From: an uncultured virus (IMG/VR IMGVR_UViG_3300032246_002559)
Lineage: Duplodnaviria; Heunggongvirae; Uroviricota; Caudoviricetes
DNA: 20,000 bases
Strand: one strand, 5' to 3'
IMG/VR virus record: IMGVR_UViG_3300032246_002559
Shown here: piece after piece, positions 17,245 to 20,000 of the stretch
Numbering within the stretch: the stretch's first letter is position 1
Layout of the letters: each line of letters begins with the position of its first letter
Program-made: the position numbers and the translations under genes
The notes under the pieces: model-generated
Databases searched by the model: none
What the model was told of the DNA's origin: nothing
What the model saw: the letters and a program-made list of their open reading frames with translations, nothing else

Positions 17245-17889
17245 TTAACAGGTTACTTCGGTAGTCTTAACAGTTGCAACCCAACGTATGGTCTTACCAT
17301 TCTCACCCGTTACGAAAATAGCAAGTCTACCATTGATAACATCTGCAGCAGCCCTAACATCCCAAAATACGCTAGTTTTGCCGACAATAATCTTATTAAA
17401 GTTGATCATGTTTGTTGACGCAGATCCAGAGTCCCTAGAAATGCATCCGGAAAGCGTAAATGCCGAACTGCCACCGACGGCGTCGGCTCGCCTTGCGACA
17501 ATATTTACGTCAAAAGCCATGGTCGCGTAGTTAGGTAACACAAATGCGTTGCTGTTTGAAGCACTCATGCCGTCTAGAGAAAGCTCTCTTTCTGTGCCGT
17601 CATTTGTCACCCCGCGAAGAATACCTGTCCTAGATTGAGCATCGCCTGCGGCGGAAAAAGATCCATTGGACTGAACGCTAACCTGGATGCCTCGAGCTGT
17701 TGCCCCAGTACCAACAATACTTTGGCCGTTCAAATCAAAAGCAGGCAAACGAACCACACTACCGGATTCATTCTTGGTAAATAACACTCCGTCTGCCGTA
17801 TTTATGGCGAGTTCGCCAGTAGAAAGCGCTTCTGCGGCAGGCATTGTGCCCGAAGATGTATTCCGCTTAAGTCGGATGGTATTGGCCAT
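17245..17889 (-). CDS. Mtd-N-like domain structural protein
   Basis: 214 aa. MANTIRLKR...LSTGELAINTADGVLF matches the major-tropism-determinant N-terminal pattern. C-terminal TGENGKTIRWVA domain. Confidence 0.75.
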   Translation of the reverse strand: MANTIRLKRNTSSGTMPAAEALSTGELAINTADGVLFTKNESGSVVRLPAFDLNGQSIVGTGATARGIQVSVQSNGSFSAAGDAQSRTGILRGVTNDGTERELSLDGMSASNSNAFVLPNYATMAFDVNIVARRADAVGGSSAFTLSGCISRDSGSASTNMINFNKIIVGKTSVFWDVRAAADVINGRLAIFVTGENGKTIRWVATVKTTEVTC

Positions 17890-19382
17890 CAGAATGTGCC
17901 GCCATCAACAGTGCTGGATGGATCTAGGTAGTCGGTTCCAGCAGATGCTGCCGAAAGTGCAGATGTTCCATTTCCCTTGAGAATGCCAGTGAGGGATGTC
18001 GCTCCAGTTCCACCGTTACTAACAGCCACAGTGCCAGTAACATTTGCTGCCTTGCCTGCAATGTCTCCATTAATGTCCGATCCAGGAATAGTTGATATTC
18101 CAGTAAAAGCACTTGTTCCATTGCCCTTCAGATAACCTGTCAGTGTGGTGGTACCAGTACCGCCATAAGCAACATTGATGACGGTACCATTCCAATTTCC
18201 CGTCGAAATGGTTCCTAGAGTTGTTATGGATGTCTGGCCGACATAAGTTGCTGCTATGTCAACTGAATCAGCATTGACGGTGATTCGACTGGAAGTGCCG
18301 ACGACGTTGAGTGTATTAGCAGACTTGGTTAGACCAGCCCCTGCAGCAATCTGACCCGCCCCAGAAAACTGAGCAAACGACAGTGCAGTGGAACCAAGCG
18401 TATAGGAACCAGTTGGCTTCTGCAAGACATAGCCGTTTGCTGCGTCGGTACCGTCCTCAACAAAGAAAAATGCCCCACCATTGAGCTTGGCCTCGGTATT
18501 GGCATCCAGTGCCCGAGTCATGGCCGACGAGGCACCATTAAACACGTAAATGCCATTCTGGGCAGATGTAGTCTGAGTCTTGACTAAGACTCTGTCACCC
18601 GACGACAGAGAAACGCCATCGATCGAGCTGCCAGGAGCGGAAATAGTGACATCCGCCTGAGTGGCAACCCGGACCGACTGTTTCGGATCAAGCCCTTGAC
18701 TGGTCGAGTCGACGTAAGCTTTGGTTGCGGCATCTTGTGAGTTAGATGGATCGGCTAGATTGGTAATCTTCTGACTGTTGAGGGTGACGGCATTGGTGGG
18801 GGACCCCATCTGGTCGAGTCGCGAGTTCCGTACAGCACTGTCGAAATCTGAGATCTTCGCCGACGAAAGCGTGGGGATGTCGCTCTCGACAATAGATCCT
18901 CCGACGGTAACCAGGCCTTTAGCGTTGACGGTGACCTTGGAGTAAGTGCCTGCAGTGACGCCAGAGTTCGCAAGCGTTGTTGTGATGGAGGTAGTGCCCG
19001 ACCCGGTGACGTCGCCGTAGACATTGATCGTCTGGTTGGCGGTCAAGTACCCCTGGTTCTTAACGAACTCGGTGGTGGCAATGCGGGTGGAATTGTCGGA
19101 GTAAAGGCCTGTGGTAGCGGTAGCCTGTGAACCAAGACTAACTGTGGATCCGAAAGTAAACGCGCGACTGATGGTAACGGCAGAATTGCCGCTCAGCGAC
19201 AAGAAGGCACCCTCACCACCAATAGGAATAATGGTGCCAGCAGTTCCGCCTACGCCACCAGTGCCGAATCCGTAATAGAGAACCTTATCGACCTCGTTGA
19301 AGGCCAGTTCTGCGTTGTAAAGACTCGGTGGGGCGCCGGAGCTTCCGGATGTGCGGCGCTTAATACGTATGATATTGGCCAT
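17889..19382 (-). CDS. Fibre-like protein with Mtd-N-like start and COG5301-like domain
   Basis: 497 aa. MANIIRIKRR...ELAFNEVDKVLYYG, RIATTEFV, GTYSKVTVNAKGLVT, DPKQSVRVAT, GDRVLVKTQT..QNGIY. Ends VDGGTF. Confidence 0.8.
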   Translation of the reverse strand: MANIIRIKRRTSGSSGAPPSLYNAELAFNEVDKVLYYGFGTGGVGGTAGTIIPIGGEGAFLSLSGNSAVTISRAFTFGSTVSLGSQATATTGLYSDNSTRIATTEFVKNQGYLTANQTINVYGDVTGSGTTSITTTLANSGVTAGTYSKVTVNAKGLVTVGGSIVESDIPTLSSAKISDFDSAVRNSRLDQMGSPTNAVTLNSQKITNLADPSNSQDAATKAYVDSTSQGLDPKQSVRVATQADVTISAPGSSIDGVSLSSGDRVLVKTQTTSAQNGIYVFNGASSAMTRALDANTEAKLNGGAFFFVEDGTDAANGYVLQKPTGSYTLGSTALSFAQFSGAGQIAAGAGLTKSANTLNVVGTSSRITVNADSVDIAATYVGQTSITTLGTISTGNWNGTVINVAYGGTGTTTLTGYLKGNGTSAFTGISTIPGSDINGDIAGKAANVTGTVAVSNGGTGATSLTGILKGNGTSALSAASAGTDYLDPSSTVDGGTF

Positions 19383-19649
19383 TTACCAGTTGCCTCCATC
19401 GACGATGTGGTCGTTGACCCACTTCTGGTCGACGGCCGAATAAACGAGTAGGTCAGTGGCCGCAGGGCTAGTGACCTGAACGTCCTGGAGACCGGCGAGC
19501 GTGCGGGTATTGAGAGGAAGCACGTTGGCCACGTCGGCCGGAACAAACTTCGCCTGAGCGGAGCTATAGACAACGACTTGGCCGGATTGGGGGACTCCGG
19601 AGAAGTCGTCCTGGTCCTGGATCCGTGTAACGATCCTGTAGGCATTCAT
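19383..19649 (-). CDS. Small fibre-module protein
   Basis: 88 aa, GGAGG RBS. Two copies of a (G/D)xxxVYxxxxxK(F/W)V module with LQDV. Ends VDGGNW. Confidence 0.7.
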   Translation of the reverse strand: MNAYRIVTRIQDQDDFSGVPQSGQVVVYSSAQAKFVPADVANVLPLNTRTLAGLQDVQVTSPAATDLLVYSAVDQKWVNDHIVDGGNW

Positions 19650-19666
19650 GTGCGGCCTCCACAGGA

Positions 19667-19676
19667 ATTTACACCG
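19667..19676 (-). promoter_or_regulatory. CGGTGTAAAT motif, copy upstream of the fibre cluster
   Basis: Identical to 3146-3155; both copies are intergenic and precede structural genes. Confidence 0.45.
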
Positions 19677-19686
19677 TGCAACACCG

Positions 19687-19721
19687 CTCGTCCCAGCGCA
19701 GATCGACCGATCTGCTGCGAG
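19687..19721 (-). promoter_or_regulatory. Candidate bacterial SECIS hairpin
   Basis: CUCG-CAG-CAGAUC-GGUC-GAUCUG-cg-CUG-gga-CGAG. The loop G is 22 nt downstream of the in-frame UGA at 19731-19733. Confidence 0.55.
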
Positions 19722-19724
19722 GTT

Positions 19725-19946
19725 CTATCGTCAAGTTGAGCAAGCAGGAGGACGGGGCACCATTTTAATCGTCGGACGATAATAAGTCCTCGTCGCAACT
19801 CGAGGCCTAGCAACTGCTGGCTGCGGTTTAGCAACCACTGGCTGTTTTTGGCCAACCACCCTGAAGTTGCTGCATGCACACGGATCGCAAGCGCAAGTTT
19901 CGCCACACGGACATGCCGATAAAGCTAAAATCAAAATCCAAATCAT
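19725..19946 (-). CDS. Small Cys-rich exported protein/lipoprotein, candidate selenoprotein with C-terminal CxxU
   Basis: ATG at 19946 after GAGGG: MIWILILALSACPCGETCACDPCACS...RPPACST-TGA-CGA-TAG. 71 aa if TGA is a stop (end 19731), 73 aa if it is read as Sec (end 19725). Confidence 0.6.
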
Positions 19947-19958
19947 AATATTGCCCTC

Positions 19959-19991
19959 AAAGAAAAAGGGGTGGCCACCAAAGGCCACCCC
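19959..19991 (-). terminator. Rho-independent terminator of an upstream gene outside the window
   Basis: Minus strand reads GGGGTGGCC-TTTGGT-GGCCACCCC-TTTTTCTTT: a 9-bp GC-rich stem plus U tract. Confidence 0.85.
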
Positions 19992-20000
19992 ATAACAGCG

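Noticed and set aside
629..17891. Genome-wide TGA reassignment (code 4/25)
   Set aside because: TGA terminates many genes at ATGA/GTGA/TGATG overlaps, and the long genes are intact under code 11.
20..17980. Plus-strand ORFs in the track (e.g. 686..1102, 2416..3210, 16057..16545)
   Set aside because: They are antisense shadows of coupled minus-strand genes, with no recognisable motifs.
17245..19382. Diversity-generating retroelement suggested by Mtd-N-like domains
   Set aside because: I saw no reverse transcriptase, no TR/VR pair with adenine-specific mismatches, and no C-type lectin C-terminus in the window.
19687..19721. Hairpin interpreted as an intrinsic terminator
   Set aside because: There is no U tract on either strand. 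A SECIS reading fits better, though a generic stabilising or processing hairpin is not excluded.
19646..19988. ORF 19646..19906 and the extended start at 19988
   Set aside because: 19646..19906 overlaps the Cys-rich gene in another frame with no clear RBS. The 19988 start lies inside the terminator stem, whereas ATG 19946 has a GAGGG RBS.

Overview
This 20 kb window is a bacteriophage (Caudoviricetes-type) virion morphogenesis region, encoded entirely on the minus strand with tight translational coupling. In transcription order (20000 to 1) it holds: an intrinsic terminator; a small Cys-rich, lipobox-containing protein; a 12 kb cluster of mosaic Gly/Ser/Thr-rich fibre-like proteins (Mtd-N-like starts, COG5301-like domain, YadA-like repeats, LamG) with a sulfotransferase-family gene embedded in it; a head-tail adaptor; a holin-like membrane protein; neck and tail-completion proteins; a tail tube protein; a terminator; and two paralogous tail-assembly-chaperone-like proteins, one missed by the ORF track because it runs off the window. 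The most striking signal is at 19687-19946. The small Cys-rich ORF ends C-S-T-TGA-CGA-TAG, and a hairpin with a GGUC apical loop follows the UGA directly. This is the layout of a C-terminal CxxU selenoprotein with a bacterial SECIS element, here in a phage. Product calls rest on motif recognition and gene order only; no database search was run.
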